From positions 160,001-224,000 of the forward strand of contig DXJO01000010.1 in NCBI GenBank assembly GCA_019057475.1: a stretch of 64,000 nucleotides of DNA, written 5' to 3'. This document shows, in pieces, positions 20,352 to 30,158 of this stretch. The stretch is from Candidatus Thorarchaeota archaeon (GTDB lineage Archaea > Asgardarchaeota > Thorarchaeia > Thorarchaeales > Thorarchaeaceae). The notes under the pieces are model-generated. The model was not told where the DNA came from. It did no database searches and worked only from the letters and a program-made list of their open reading frames with translations. Position 1 is the stretch's first letter; each line of letters begins with the position of its first letter. The position numbers and the translations under genes were made by a program.

Positions 20352-21449
20352 CTAAAGGTTTCCTGCTTCCTGGTTTCGTCGAGATTGGGCCGGTCTAATT
20401 AGCTCCCGAATCGTTATCGACATGAATAGCAGGAAACCAATCACGAAGAACGACAGATAACCAAGAACGCTTATGATAGCCGTGATGTCGGGGATGACTG
20501 CCCAGACTAGTATCAAGAGGATAAGCAAACCATACCATCGCTTCAAATCTTTCATTCCTAACAGCTTGGAGTCGGCGCTCGGAATGGACTTGGATTCATC
20601 GACTGGAGGACTTGCATAGATGAGCAATATCACAAAGGCGTAGATGAAGAGAGTAGCGATGATTGTTTCAATACCTGGAATGCGCTCAGGTAGGAGAGTC
20701 GGGAATGTGATTGCGTACAGGAGGACAACGTACGTGCCAGTCAGAGCCAGACCTTTCCTTCCCAATCTCAGTGATTGAATCGAGAACGACCCTCCTCCGC
20801 GCCTTTTGATAAGATAGTACGGGATTAGAATCAGGATAAGGCTGCCAAGCGCTGTAACCCCCGCCACGATGAAATTGTATCCTGAACTAACTGTCATAAA
20901 CAAGGACCCTATGATAAAGGCGTACAGGTATAACACTGAATTCCTTCGACTTCTCTGAAGGAATGAGGTGTGAGTCGGGAAGGTGGTTTCCATTCCCTCA
21001 TTAGACGTGTTGCCAGCTTGAGCTATAATCTGGAATACCAGAATCGGTAGGACGAATGCCATTACTGGGTGCCAGAACATGAGCAGCACGATGTTCTCAG
21101 CAACTGCAAACCCAAAGACCGTGCCAAGAAGAGGTGGATCAGTGAGGTATCCCACCCAGAGAACCTTTGTGACCCACGACTCATAGAGTCCGAATAATAT
21201 TCCCCAGAGATACAGTTGACCCACTGACGTTCTCTTGGATCTCATAGCAAGGTTTAGGAAGAGCAGAGTGTGTGACCAGTAGAGGGGCAGCGTGACAAAC
21301 CAGGCCCACTCGGTGATGAACCAAAGAATGGATGAGCCCGAGAACGCCTCGGCGAACACCATCGACAGGAAGCCGATAAGCACCAACTGAGCCCACCTTG
21401 AATCTGCTGGTTTCTCTGATTCTTGCATGCCCATCCAGATAATTGCCAC
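20352..21449 (-). CDS. Multi-pass membrane protein, hypothetical
   Basis: 365-aa ORF with about 10 TM segments. Confidence 0.75.
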   Translation of the reverse strand: MAIIWMGMQESEKPADSRWAQLVLIGFLSMVFAEAFSGSSILWFITEWAWFVTLPLYWSHTLLFLNLAMRSKRTSVGQLYLWGILFGLYESWVTKVLWVGYLTDPPLLGTVFGFAVAENIVLLMFWHPVMAFVLPILVFQIIAQAGNTSNEGMETTFPTHTSFLQRSRRNSVLYLYAFIIGSLFMTVSSGYNFIVAGVTALGSLILILIPYYLIKRRGGGSFSIQSLRLGRKGLALTGTYVVLLYAITFPTLLPERIPGIETIIATLFIYAFVILLIYASPPVDESKSIPSADSKLLGMKDLKRWYGLLILLILVWAVIPDITAIISVLGYLSFFVIGFLLFMSITIRELIRPAQSRRNQEAGNL

Positions 21450-21524
21450 GCGAATATCTCTTCCTAGAACGAGATGTATTCCAAAGAACTATATCACGTA
21501 CTGGGCGCTCCCGTGTGACCGGAG

Positions 21525-21812
21525 ATGCCTTACTACGTCTACATAATCGAAACAGGGACTGGCACTTACTACACTGGTCAGACTAATGATCTAAAACGAC
21601 GACTGAACGAGCATATGTCCGGGAATTCAAAGTCCGCAGCATACTTTCACATGCATCAGCCCAAGTACCTTGTATACGTGGAAGAATGCAACACCAGAGG
21701 TGATGCTCTTCGTCGTGAGCGTCAGATTAAACGAAATCGACGACTTAAGCTGTTCTTGGTCGGTGACCGACGAGATCTCCAAGGACTCGTGAATTCAGAG
21801 ACCATCTCCTAG
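21525..21812 (+). CDS. GIY-YIG nuclease family protein (UPF0213-like)
   Basis: YYVYII...YYTGQTNDLKRRLNEH...ALRRERQIK. Confidence 0.88.
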   Translation: MPYYVYIIETGTGTYYTGQTNDLKRRLNEHMSGNSKSAAYFHMHQPKYLVYVEECNTRGDALRRERQIKRNRRLKLFLVGDRRDLQGLVNSETIS

Positions 21813-21861
21813 GACCGATTAGTTTTCATATCCGGGACATGTTGTTAATGACTGGTGCGCA

Positions 21862-23385
21862 GTGATGACTGAAATAATCTTGGCGTTGGATGTCGGAACC
21901 ACCGGAGTGCGCTCTTTGGTCTTTGACACAGAGGGTGCAGTTCTCGCGCGAGCCTACAAAGAGTTCGAGAGTTCCTATCCCAAGCCCTCCTGGGTGGAGC
22001 AGAATGCGCAAACCTGGTGGGACACTGCCTGCGTAACAACCAAGCAATGCCTCAAAAACCCGGGTGTCAGCGCTGAGAGTATCTGTGGGTTGAGCGTGAC
22101 TAACCAACGTGAAACGGTCGTTCCAATCGACGATGCTGGTAATCCACTACGTAGTGCCATTGTGTGGCAGGACCGTCGAACTGTGCCCCAATGTAACTGG
22201 ATTCGAAATGTCATGTCGCCGGCTGATGTCTATTCAATCACTGGGCTCACCATTGATCCGTACTTCACCGCTCCCAAGATTCTCTGGATAAAGGAGAACG
22301 AGCCTGAGGTCTTCAGAAAGGCTTGGAAGTTTCTCTTGGTTCACGATTTCATGGTCTTCAAGCTCACTGGTAAAACAATTACTGACCATTCCAATGCAAG
22401 CAGAACGATGCTTTTCGACATCAAGAACGCAGGGTGGTCTGAAAAGATGCTCAACGCATTTGACATCCCGCGTGAGAAGCTCCCTGACCCTCTGCAGTCT
22501 GGTACCCCCGCAGGAGAAGTAACTGCGAAGGCAGCCAACGATTGTGGGCTTAAGGAAGGCACTCCTGTGGTTGCGGGAGGCGGAGACCAGCAGTGTGCGG
22601 CGCTAGGAGTGGGTGTGGTTCGCGAGGGCTCAATCAAGTCAACTACAGGAACAGGTACTTTCCTGCTTGCCTACTCTGACACTCCCAGATTCGATAGCAG
22701 AATACGCGTGCTCTGCAGCCGCCATGTTGTCCCGGGCGCCTTTGTTGTGGAGGCAAGCATGTTCACCACGGGCTCAGCTCTCAGGTGGTTTCGCGATAAC
22801 CTTGGTGCGGAGGAGTGCAATCTTGCCAAAGAGCGGGGCGTTGATCCCTATGAGGTCATGTCGGAAGGGGCGGGCGCGATTCCAGCTGGTTCTGAAGGTG
22901 TCATCCACCTGCCGCATTTCGCAGGGGCTGGTGCACCCTACTGGAATCCACACGCGCGTGGTGTGTTTGCCGGTCTTGCCCTTGGCCACACTAGAAAGCA
23001 TCTCATGCGATCTATCTTGGAGGGCGTTTCTTATGAGATTAGAACCAACCTCGAGATCATGAACGATATTGGGATTCCTGCCTCAGAGGTTCGCGTGACT
23101 GGAGGCGCTGCCAGAAGTCAAGTGTGGATGCAGATACAGGCAGATGTGCTTGGAATGCCAGTAATCCGAACCGAGATGGAAGAGGCTACCGCTCTAGGAG
23201 CCGCAATCCTTGCCTGCAAAGGGGTGGGTTTGTTTGACTCGATGGTAGCAGCCGCTGACAGCATGGTGAAACCATTGGATCCACTTAAACCGCAAGAAAC
23301 GAATCGCAACGTCTACGCCGAAGGATTTGCGCGGTTCAAGCAGCTCTATGCTTCAATATCCAACATCGAGTGGCCTAGCCATTAG
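21862..23385 (+). CDS. FGGY-family carbohydrate kinase (xylulokinase/glycerol kinase-like)
   Basis: LDVGTTG, TNQRET, AIVWQDRR, GGGDQQ, TGTG, GGAARS, TALGAA. Confidence 0.93.
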   Translation: MMTEIILALDVGTTGVRSLVFDTEGAVLARAYKEFESSYPKPSWVEQNAQTWWDTACVTTKQCLKNPGVSAESICGLSVTNQRETVVPIDDAGNPLRSAIVWQDRRTVPQCNWIRNVMSPADVYSITGLTIDPYFTAPKILWIKENEPEVFRKAWKFLLVHDFMVFKLTGKTITDHSNASRTMLFDIKNAGWSEKMLNAFDIPREKLPDPLQSGTPAGEVTAKAANDCGLKEGTPVVAGGGDQQCAALGVGVVREGSIKSTTGTGTFLLAYSDTPRFDSRIRVLCSRHVVPGAFVVEASMFTTGSALRWFRDNLGAEECNLAKERGVDPYEVMSEGAGAIPAGSEGVIHLPHFAGAGAPYWNPHARGVFAGLALGHTRKHLMRSILEGVSYEIRTNLEIMNDIGIPASEVRVTGGAARSQVWMQIQADVLGMPVIRTEMEEATALGAAILACKGVGLFDSMVAAADSMVKPLDPLKPQETNRNVYAEGFARFKQLYASISNIEWPSH

Positions 23386-23594
23386 GTCGAGTAGATAGCT
23401 AGCTTGTTACCCTTGTCCAAGACAAGTATCTTCACGTCTGGATCATTGGATATCCACTCGTCGACTGCAGCTTGTGGGTCCTCCGCCTTGTCCATGTGCG
23501 CTTTTTCTACGGTATCTATGTCGAGATTTGTGAACATCTGAATGCCTCAAAGGACTTCTAAGAGATCAGCGAATTTGTGCGCTTTGTGCTCGTA
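23382..23594 (-). pseudogene. Diverged orphan copy of the larA-family gene 3' end
   Basis: Translates YEHKAHKFADLLEVL*GIQMFTNLD...DEWISNDPDVKILVLDKGNKLAIYST*. Ungapped match to 24260-24472 with one in-frame stop. Confidence 0.92.
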
Positions 23595-23684
23595 GGTCAA
23601 AGGTAGTTCCCTACGTATAGTTATATCGCAGAATTGGTAAATAGACAATGCTTTCCTCAGATGCTTGATACAGAAGGTTATAGA

Positions 23685-24167
23685 ATGAGAGTTTCTGTCT
23701 TGGTTGGATCTCTGGTCATGTTATCCTTGCTAGCTCCCATGACCATTGTTGGTATTGAAAGTCTTGTAGGGATTGGACCACAAACCATGATGGAAGTTTA
23801 CTGGGTCTTCGTCTATGGTACCTATAATTATTCCAATCAGCAGTTTCATTTTCTTGAATTCTACGTATCAGTTTATGTGCTCATGTCACTACTCTGGGTC
23901 TGTATTGGATTGATAATCTCACATGCATTACTCTTTGACAAGTTTCCACAGTCATCAACGAAGGAAGCATGGGTCCTAGGTATGATAGCTCTGGGGGTTC
24001 AATTGACCTCTGCATTTATAGCTCCTCTGTTCCATTTGCAGCCCCCAACCATTCGGACTTTAGCATACTCCATTCCAATCCCCCTTCAGTCCATTTTGTT
24101 GCTTGTCTTTCTAGCATATGATTGGCGTAGTAGACGCCACAGACTACCCAACAATGATCGTTTCTGA
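23685..24167 (+). CDS. Hypothetical membrane protein (AT-richer), lying between the two larA 3' ends
   Basis: Four hydrophobic segments; visibly more AT-rich than its neighbours. Confidence 0.6.
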   Translation: MRVSVLVGSLVMLSLLAPMTIVGIESLVGIGPQTMMEVYWVFVYGTYNYSNQQFHFLEFYVSVYVLMSLLWVCIGLIISHALLFDKFPQSSTKEAWVLGMIALGVQLTSAFIAPLFHLQPPTIRTLAYSIPIPLQSILLLVFLAYDWRSRRHRLPNNDRF

Positions 24168-24259
24168 CACGACGTACAACGGTGGTTGGTGGAATGCATT
24201 CATCTTTGCCGCAAATATCGGGGAGCCGACTCCTTTGACTATCAAACGCCCAAGAAATC

Positions 24260-25546
24260 CTAGGTCGAGTAGATAGCTAGCTTGTTGCCCTTGTCCAAAA
24301 CAAGTATCTTCACGTCTGGGTCATTTGATATCCACTCATCGACCACAGCTTGTGGATTCTCCGTCTTGTCTAGGTGAGCCGATTCTACGGTTTCTCTATC
24401 GAGCTCTGTGAACATCTGAATGCTTGAGAGGTTTTTCAGAAGCTCAGCGAACTTGTACGCCTTGTGCTCGTACAGATGATATTTCCCGCTTATCGACTCT
24501 ATCACAGTGTCAAGTGGAGCAGTCAACTTGTTGTAGAAATTCTCCATTGCACTCTCAGGTGCTACACCATCTCTGCACTCAGCAAGAAACAGAATCTCTC
24601 CTCCTTCTGACACTGCATTCTTAGTGAGTTCAAGTGCTCTCTGGGCATGATACAGGCTCTTGTCTTGGGGGTAACCTCCTGGGGACACCACAATGCGTGG
24701 TCTGGCGGTTACAGTGAAGCTTGCCGTTTCATCGAGCACCTTAATGCCATCAGATATCACTGGCTCCATGCGGCCGGCGCCAGCCCACACTACTTTGTCG
24801 CCATTCGATACGGTTGAGAGAGTGAAGATCGTAGCACCCTTGGTTATCATCTCAGCCGCTTCTCTCATGTCATCCGCGAGTGGGTTGGTTCGCCTTGCTG
24901 GGTCTGGGTGGTATGGATGCGTTCCGAAGGTCGACTTGGGGTCAAGTGCCATTGAATGATTGGCTTCGATTGATGCAAACCCGCACACTCCTGGCAAGAA
25001 GTCCTTGAGAGCATTGGAGTATCCACTGAAGTAATGGGCCTTCATATCAGCAAGAGGAACGTACACATTGTGACCGACGGCAGCGGCGTTAACAATGACT
25101 GGCGTACCTCTGCTTGTTTTCCCCAAGTCAGCCATGTCCGGTTCTTGGCAATCATGAATCTTCACTTTGTAGTTCTCAAGCCCGGCATCAGCAGACGCTC
25201 GTTTGATCATGTCCACGATTTCTAGGTTCCCGGGGTGTTCTACTTCGTGTGACCCGGTTGTGACTATGTACTGGATTCTGTGTGCATACTTCAGTTTTGG
25301 GGCAACCGAGCTGAGGAGTGCCCAATGAGGCTCGTCTCTAGTATGGTCCTCCACCAAAACGCAGACACTCCTGCCCTTGACGATATCCGTCAGAGCGGGT
25401 CCGTATGGGTTCGCAAGGACCCTGTTGAGTTCCTCTAGACTATTTTCTGCAGTCCTGGCTTTCTTCGGCGCGACTGTTCCAGCGAGGTTCTTTTCAGGAA
25501 TCTGCAAGTCAACAGTTCCTTCGCCGTAATTTAGAGTCACTTTCAT
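24260..25546 (-). CDS. LarA-family (nickel-pincer-dependent racemase/epimerase, DUF2088) protein
   Basis: LNYG start, VEDHTR, TGSH, GKTSRGTPV, HYFSGYS...K..LPGV, SPGGYPQDKSLYHAQRAL. Confidence 0.88.
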   Translation of the reverse strand: MKVTLNYGEGTVDLQIPEKNLAGTVAPKKARTAENSLEELNRVLANPYGPALTDIVKGRSVCVLVEDHTRDEPHWALLSSVAPKLKYAHRIQYIVTTGSHEVEHPGNLEIVDMIKRASADAGLENYKVKIHDCQEPDMADLGKTSRGTPVIVNAAAVGHNVYVPLADMKAHYFSGYSNALKDFLPGVCGFASIEANHSMALDPKSTFGTHPYHPDPARRTNPLADDMREAAEMITKGATIFTLSTVSNGDKVVWAGAGRMEPVISDGIKVLDETASFTVTARPRIVVSPGGYPQDKSLYHAQRALELTKNAVSEGGEILFLAECRDGVAPESAMENFYNKLTAPLDTVIESISGKYHLYEHKAYKFAELLKNLSSIQMFTELDRETVESAHLDKTENPQAVVDEWISNDPDVKILVLDKGNKLAIYST

Positions 25547-25587
25547 CCTGGTTGCCTCAACAACTGGATGGAACAGTCTTTGAAAAG

Positions 25588-27919
25588 GGTTGCCAATAGC
25601 TCCAAGAATCTTGGACAGACTTGGACACTTATTAGATAGTCGTCTGATGAAACACTTTTTGTGGAGTTTGAATTCTATTGCTGTTAGCTATTATAGCCCT
25701 AATTCTGTATGAGTTAATATTCTTCATCTAGGACCACGTTTTGAGGTAGTGGTTGATGAAGTCAGAAAAGCGGCGTCGTCCCCGCTCGTGCAAGACACCC
25801 GAGGCATCGAAACAGAAGACAATGGACGCCAACTATTATGGCTCTTCATCAACTACTTACCTTGTAGAGTCCTTTGCCCTGAACTCCTGTCAACGCGAAG
25901 TAGCACGAAAGGGAAGGGGCAGAGAACCCGACCCCGCGTACAGACGAGACAGGGATAGTTGGACACAGCAGCTAGTCAGTGTAGCAAGAAAGTGTGGGAG
26001 AAAGGTCGACGACATAGACCTAGCGACTCTCACTCTACATTTTGATAACTATGTCAAGGTTGTCAATCTCATCCTCTCACGGATATACCGGACGGATGGC
26101 CGCGCACAGACACTTGGGGAATCACTCTCGAAGTATAGAGGCAGAGCTTACACTCTGCTAAGAGAGCAGAGAGACCTTTGCTATCAACACAATGATGAAT
26201 ACAAAGAACTAGTGTATGAACGACTTCATCGAAATGCGCTTGAGCATGCCGGCAGAACACTGTTGGCTGATTGGACGCGGAGGCAACTCTTCAATGCTGC
26301 GATCAATCTGCTTCACGGGTCACATGATGATGCTCTACGACTTCTGAGAAGAAAGAATATTCCCTCGGACTTGATTCGAAGATTGCGGGACAGTTGCAAT
26401 GCAGTGAAGAAGAATGGTTCCGGATATCATTACGCTCTTAGTGTTCTAAGGCAGATTCGTCTTACTCTTGATAGTCATATTCTAGATACTCTCAGTATCA
26501 AGATCAGTTGGCGTGGAAGACAGAGGAAGAAGGTGTCTTCCTTACTTGCAAAGGGGTCTCCAGACTTTCAGTATGTCGAGAACCTTGTAGAGAACGAGCT
26601 CCGGAGCTGGGCAAAGAATGGATACTCTTTCACCGTCCCGCAACTAAGAAGCCTCAGTCTTGATTTCAGCGCAAGCACTGAGAACTCCATAGGTCAGGGA
26701 TACTGGTTCACTATTGATTCAGAGAGAGAGAATGAGATCATGCTGCACCTTAAGCTTCCTCCGGGGATAGATGGAAGAGAACACAGTGATTCCCCCTACA
26801 AGTCAAAGACCCTGACCTTCAGATTCCTTGACTGGTTGCCAAGAGCTGCGGCAAAAGATGCTGATAAGGCAAACAGAGCTGAGGAGACCGGTGACTATCA
26901 TCGAGGTGACCAGTTGAGGTTCAGAGCTGCAAAGTTCTCAGACATGCATGAACAACTCATGAACACCATTCAGTTCCAGCAGGTGGTTCATAGACTATCA
27001 AGGCTGAAACAAAGGAAGAGGAGTGATTCTACAGAGATTGCAGACCTAGAAGCAAACGCCCAGAGACTCAAGAGCTCCCGACGGAGTGCTCCTCCAAGAC
27101 TTCTCTTGAGAGGGCAGAGGGTCATCCTCCAGATTCCCTTTCTCTCGCCCAACGGTACAGTGAGCTCCAGAGTCCTAGGAGAGAGAGAATACACGACCAA
27201 GGCAGGAGCTGATAGGGGATTAAGAGTACCAGTTGCCCTCTCGGTTGAGAAAGACACCGAGTATGTAGACCTGTACATATCAGTAGAGTCCCTCATTGCG
27301 AAGAGGATGACACTGAGGAAGAATGCGTCGGTCCTACAGTCAGAGGTGGACAGGAGAAGAAACAACTGGGAGCGAAAGCGGCCCGGACAGACTTATCCCC
27401 GGTTCCTCTTCAAGAAGATGAGGCATCTGGAAGCCACATGGAAGAAGGTACGTCGTCTCGACCGCGAGATTGCTCGCATTATTGCATCAAAGACAGTGTG
27501 GTTCTGTGAAGGCCATCGGGTGAAGAAGGTGTTCTTCGAGGACCTGCGGAGCTTCCAAGCTAAAGGTGGTCTTAGGGACCTGTCGTGGTCGCTGAATACG
27601 AACCTGTGGGGAAAGATCATCGACACGGTCAGATACATGCGAGAGTCTCTTGGTCACTCACCCTATAGTGTGTGGACTGTGAACCCGCGGTACACTAGCC
27701 AGACATGCCATGTCTGTGGCGAGAGAGGTGTCAGGGTTGAGAATGAAACCTCGAAGACAAAGAAGAAGGGAGGAGAGTACTTCTATTGCGAAAAGTGTGG
27801 TTCTCATTTTCACGCTGATATAAACGCAGCAAGAAACATAATTCATGTTCAACCAAGATCCAGTGCCGTTCCTGGACGGACAGCTTGATGTCCAAGTTTG
27901 TCCAAATTACAATGAACGA
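25588..27919 (+). mobile_element. IS607-like element carrying only a large tnpB-like gene (no tnpA)
   Basis: Left end (G)GGTTGCCAATAGCTCCAAGAATCTTGGACAGACTTGGACA and right end TGTCCAAGTTTGTCCAAATTACAATGAACG(A) align with the four mini-elements. Confidence 0.85.
25756..27888 (+). CDS. tnpB: Large TnpB/Cas12f-like RNA-guided RuvC nuclease (~710 aa)
   Basis: RuvC-I GADRG, RuvC-II FFEDL, VNPRYTSQTCHVCG...FYCEKCG zinc finger, RuvC-III HADINAARNI. Confidence 0.88.
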   Translation: MKSEKRRRPRSCKTPEASKQKTMDANYYGSSSTTYLVESFALNSCQREVARKGRGREPDPAYRRDRDSWTQQLVSVARKCGRKVDDIDLATLTLHFDNYVKVVNLILSRIYRTDGRAQTLGESLSKYRGRAYTLLREQRDLCYQHNDEYKELVYERLHRNALEHAGRTLLADWTRRQLFNAAINLLHGSHDDALRLLRRKNIPSDLIRRLRDSCNAVKKNGSGYHYALSVLRQIRLTLDSHILDTLSIKISWRGRQRKKVSSLLAKGSPDFQYVENLVENELRSWAKNGYSFTVPQLRSLSLDFSASTENSIGQGYWFTIDSERENEIMLHLKLPPGIDGREHSDSPYKSKTLTFRFLDWLPRAAAKDADKANRAEETGDYHRGDQLRFRAAKFSDMHEQLMNTIQFQQVVHRLSRLKQRKRSDSTEIADLEANAQRLKSSRRSAPPRLLLRGQRVILQIPFLSPNGTVSSRVLGEREYTTKAGADRGLRVPVALSVEKDTEYVDLYISVESLIAKRMTLRKNASVLQSEVDRRRNNWERKRPGQTYPRFLFKKMRHLEATWKKVRRLDREIARIIASKTVWFCEGHRVKKVFFEDLRSFQAKGGLRDLSWSLNTNLWGKIIDTVRYMRESLGHSPYSVWTVNPRYTSQTCHVCGERGVRVENETSKTKKKGGEYFYCEKCGSHFHADINAARNIIHVQPRSSAVPGRTA

Positions 27920-27981
27920 TATCAGTTTTGGTGTATCACTTGTGCAGAATGCTTATCCGTTCTTGATGTTACAGCAGAAGC

Positions 27982-28305
27982 ATGAGTGACCGCTATAGGG
28001 ATGGCACCTTCGCAGAAGCTGGGCGATGGTGTGCAGTCGCATCCGAACTCCCTTGTTCAGTCATAATCATGGTATTTATTGGACATCTTCTAGGTCAGAC
28101 CTGGTGGGGACTGCAGGGTGCAATGACCGGTGCTATGATTGGAGCGATTGTTGGCTTACTACTGGGCATGTACAGTGTCTACATCACGATTCAATACTAC
28201 GACAAGCTGGAAAAAGAGCGTCCAGTCATGCGGCCTTATCAGCCTCCACAGGAGGAGATTTACGAGGACGTTGAATTTCCCGACTACGAGAAACGTACTG
28301 AGTAG
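27982..28305 (+). CDS. Small 2-TM protein, AtpZ/AtpI-like
   Basis: ASEL...IGHLLG...IGAIVGLLLGMYSVY pattern; close to ATPase genes. Confidence 0.5.
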   Translation: MSDRYRDGTFAEAGRWCAVASELPCSVIIMVFIGHLLGQTWWGLQGAMTGAMIGAIVGLLLGMYSVYITIQYYDKLEKERPVMRPYQPPQEEIYEDVEFPDYEKRTE

Positions 28306-28884
28306 CTATTTCACGAAATCAGAGTCATCTGCGTCCAGTACTTCAACTATCAATCTGGTGGAAGTTCGTCCTATCAGTGCTACAATGATCTGAACTAGAA
28401 GAGAAATGAAGAACGCTCCTAGCGCATATCCGAATATTCGAAGAGAAATGGAAGTATGAGATGCAGCCCATGGTTCTAGGAACCACAGATCAACTAGATA
28501 CCAGGTGTAGACACCTGTGGCGAACATGGTCAATACAAGGAGTCCATAGATGAAGATGACTGCCTTGACCCTTGGTGCGTTCATTTTAACTTGCTCGAGG
28601 CCATGTCCAACCACTGCATTGCTAAGCCTCCTAGAAAACCTGAGAAAGACGCTAAAGGCAGCTAGAAAGACAATGAGTGTGATGATAGATAGAATCAACA
28701 ATAGCAAAATCTGAATTTCGGGAGCAATTATGTCTAGGAAGCCTCCAATGTACCAGGCTAAGACAGAACCCACCATCACAATTATCGATAGAATCTCCAC
28801 CACGAAAGTGATAGTCGCAGAACTCCTAAACATTCCTCCAATGTCGAATTGACCATTGTTAGCTTCATCCGTCATATGAACCAC
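28306..28884 (-). CDS. Hypothetical 4-TM membrane protein
   Basis: 192-aa ORF with four hydrophobic helices. Confidence 0.7.
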   Translation of the reverse strand: MVHMTDEANNGQFDIGGMFRSSATITFVVEILSIIVMVGSVLAWYIGGFLDIIAPEIQILLLLILSIITLIVFLAAFSVFLRFSRRLSNAVVGHGLEQVKMNAPRVKAVIFIYGLLVLTMFATGVYTWYLVDLWFLEPWAASHTSISLRIFGYALGAFFISLLVQIIVALIGRTSTRLIVEVLDADDSDFVK

Positions 28885-29071
28885 ACCTGATAGCTGCTAT
28901 CTTCTGGTTTTGAATCCTTCTAATACATCTCATCTGGTACTAGACACGGCGCGATATTCAAACACTCACCATAGGGAGTTTTAACTCGCTGAGATAGCTC
29001 GTCAGCTTTATATCAATCGCGTGGGGGAAGTCAAATAATCCCCTTAAGGCTAATAGTGGGGCGGGTTTGTC

Positions 29072-30139
29072 ATGAAGGCCTACAAGGCTGCGAAAGAATT
29101 CGGATTCGTCAATGCAAGAGTGAGAGGACAGCTGGCACGATCCCTCAATATTGCTGACTACGAACGACTCTTGCGCTCCAAAGACTACAAGAAGTTCATC
29201 GGAGCATTGAGAGGAACCCGCTACGGCCCAGTCATTAGCGCTGCTACCCCTGTGGAGCAGCCGAGTCCTGAGGAGTTGGCGCTGGTTTTGGCCGTTGACT
29301 ACGCTGATGTCAGTCATAGGCTCACCCGGTCTTTGTCTGGGAAGGTACGCCGCTTCGCTAATGCATATTCTTTGGTCTTCTTGACAGAAGGCCTGAAAAC
29401 TGTGATTCGCGGGAAGCATGTGGGGCTTGAGAAGAGCGAGATACTCTCCTTTGTGGTACCAACTTCCACTGCACAGTCAAAAATGTTTGCGCGGTTACTC
29501 AGGAAGGAGAATGTGGAGAAACTCATTGAAGACATCCCGATTCTGGATCTGAAGGTCGCACTTCTCACCAAACTCCCCGCTTACGAAGAGTTCGATTCCC
29601 CAGTACCGCTTGATGTGGCTCTTGAGGAGTGGTACCTGCGAAAGATTATGGACTCACTAGAAGAATTCTCTAGTGACGACAAGCAGAGGATAGTTCAGCT
29701 TCTTGAAGCACGTGTGGACTTGCGTAACACTATCATGATGTTGCGCGCATTGATTCTGGGTTTCAACCGACGTATGATCAATGCTTCAATAGTACGATTC
29801 ACCGAAGACTCGCAGGCATTCGGGGACTCGATAAGCCAACTTGACTCTTGGAGCGGAGTGTTGATGCAGCTCAGGAAAACCAAACATGCCGAGATGGCTA
29901 CTAGGCTCAGGCGGATATATACCAATACCCAAGACTTAGCAGAGATCGAGATGGTTGTGGAAGACTACCTTGCACAACAGATTAAAAAGCAACTTACTGG
30001 TTTCCCATTCCATCTTGGTACTGTGATTGGATTCTTCAACCTCAAATACCTTGAGATGCGAAACTTGATATCCATCGCAGTAGGACTCGAGAAAGGAGAG
30101 CCTGCCTCAATAATAAGACAGATGATTACTATATGGTGA
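29072..30139 (+). CDS. atpC: A/V-type ATP synthase subunit C (d)
   Basis: FVNARVRG...LL, LKTVIRGK, VDLRN..MLR, LKYLEMRNL..IAVG. Confidence 0.85.
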   Translation: MKAYKAAKEFGFVNARVRGQLARSLNIADYERLLRSKDYKKFIGALRGTRYGPVISAATPVEQPSPEELALVLAVDYADVSHRLTRSLSGKVRRFANAYSLVFLTEGLKTVIRGKHVGLEKSEILSFVVPTSTAQSKMFARLLRKENVEKLIEDIPILDLKVALLTKLPAYEEFDSPVPLDVALEEWYLRKIMDSLEEFSSDDKQRIVQLLEARVDLRNTIMMLRALILGFNRRMINASIVRFTEDSQAFGDSISQLDSWSGVLMQLRKTKHAEMATRLRRIYTNTQDLAEIEMVVEDYLAQQIKKQLTGFPFHLGTVIGFFNLKYLEMRNLISIAVGLEKGEPASIIRQMITIW

Positions 30140-30158
30140 TAATTGGAGGAAGCTAACA

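Noticed and set aside
20115-20402. ORFs 20115-20402, 20159-20398, 50341-50532 and 50548-50817 as genes
   Set aside because: They lie in or overlap the type B mini-elements and reflect a decayed tnpB tail or chance frames.
21525-21812. GIY-YIG gene as a homing endonuclease or mobile element
   Set aside because: Short stand-alone UPF0213-type protein with no intron, intein or flanking repeats.
25588-28000. Type V CRISPR-Cas locus
   Set aside because: No repeat-spacer array or cas1/cas2 seen anywhere in the window; the gene is bounded by IS-like ends.
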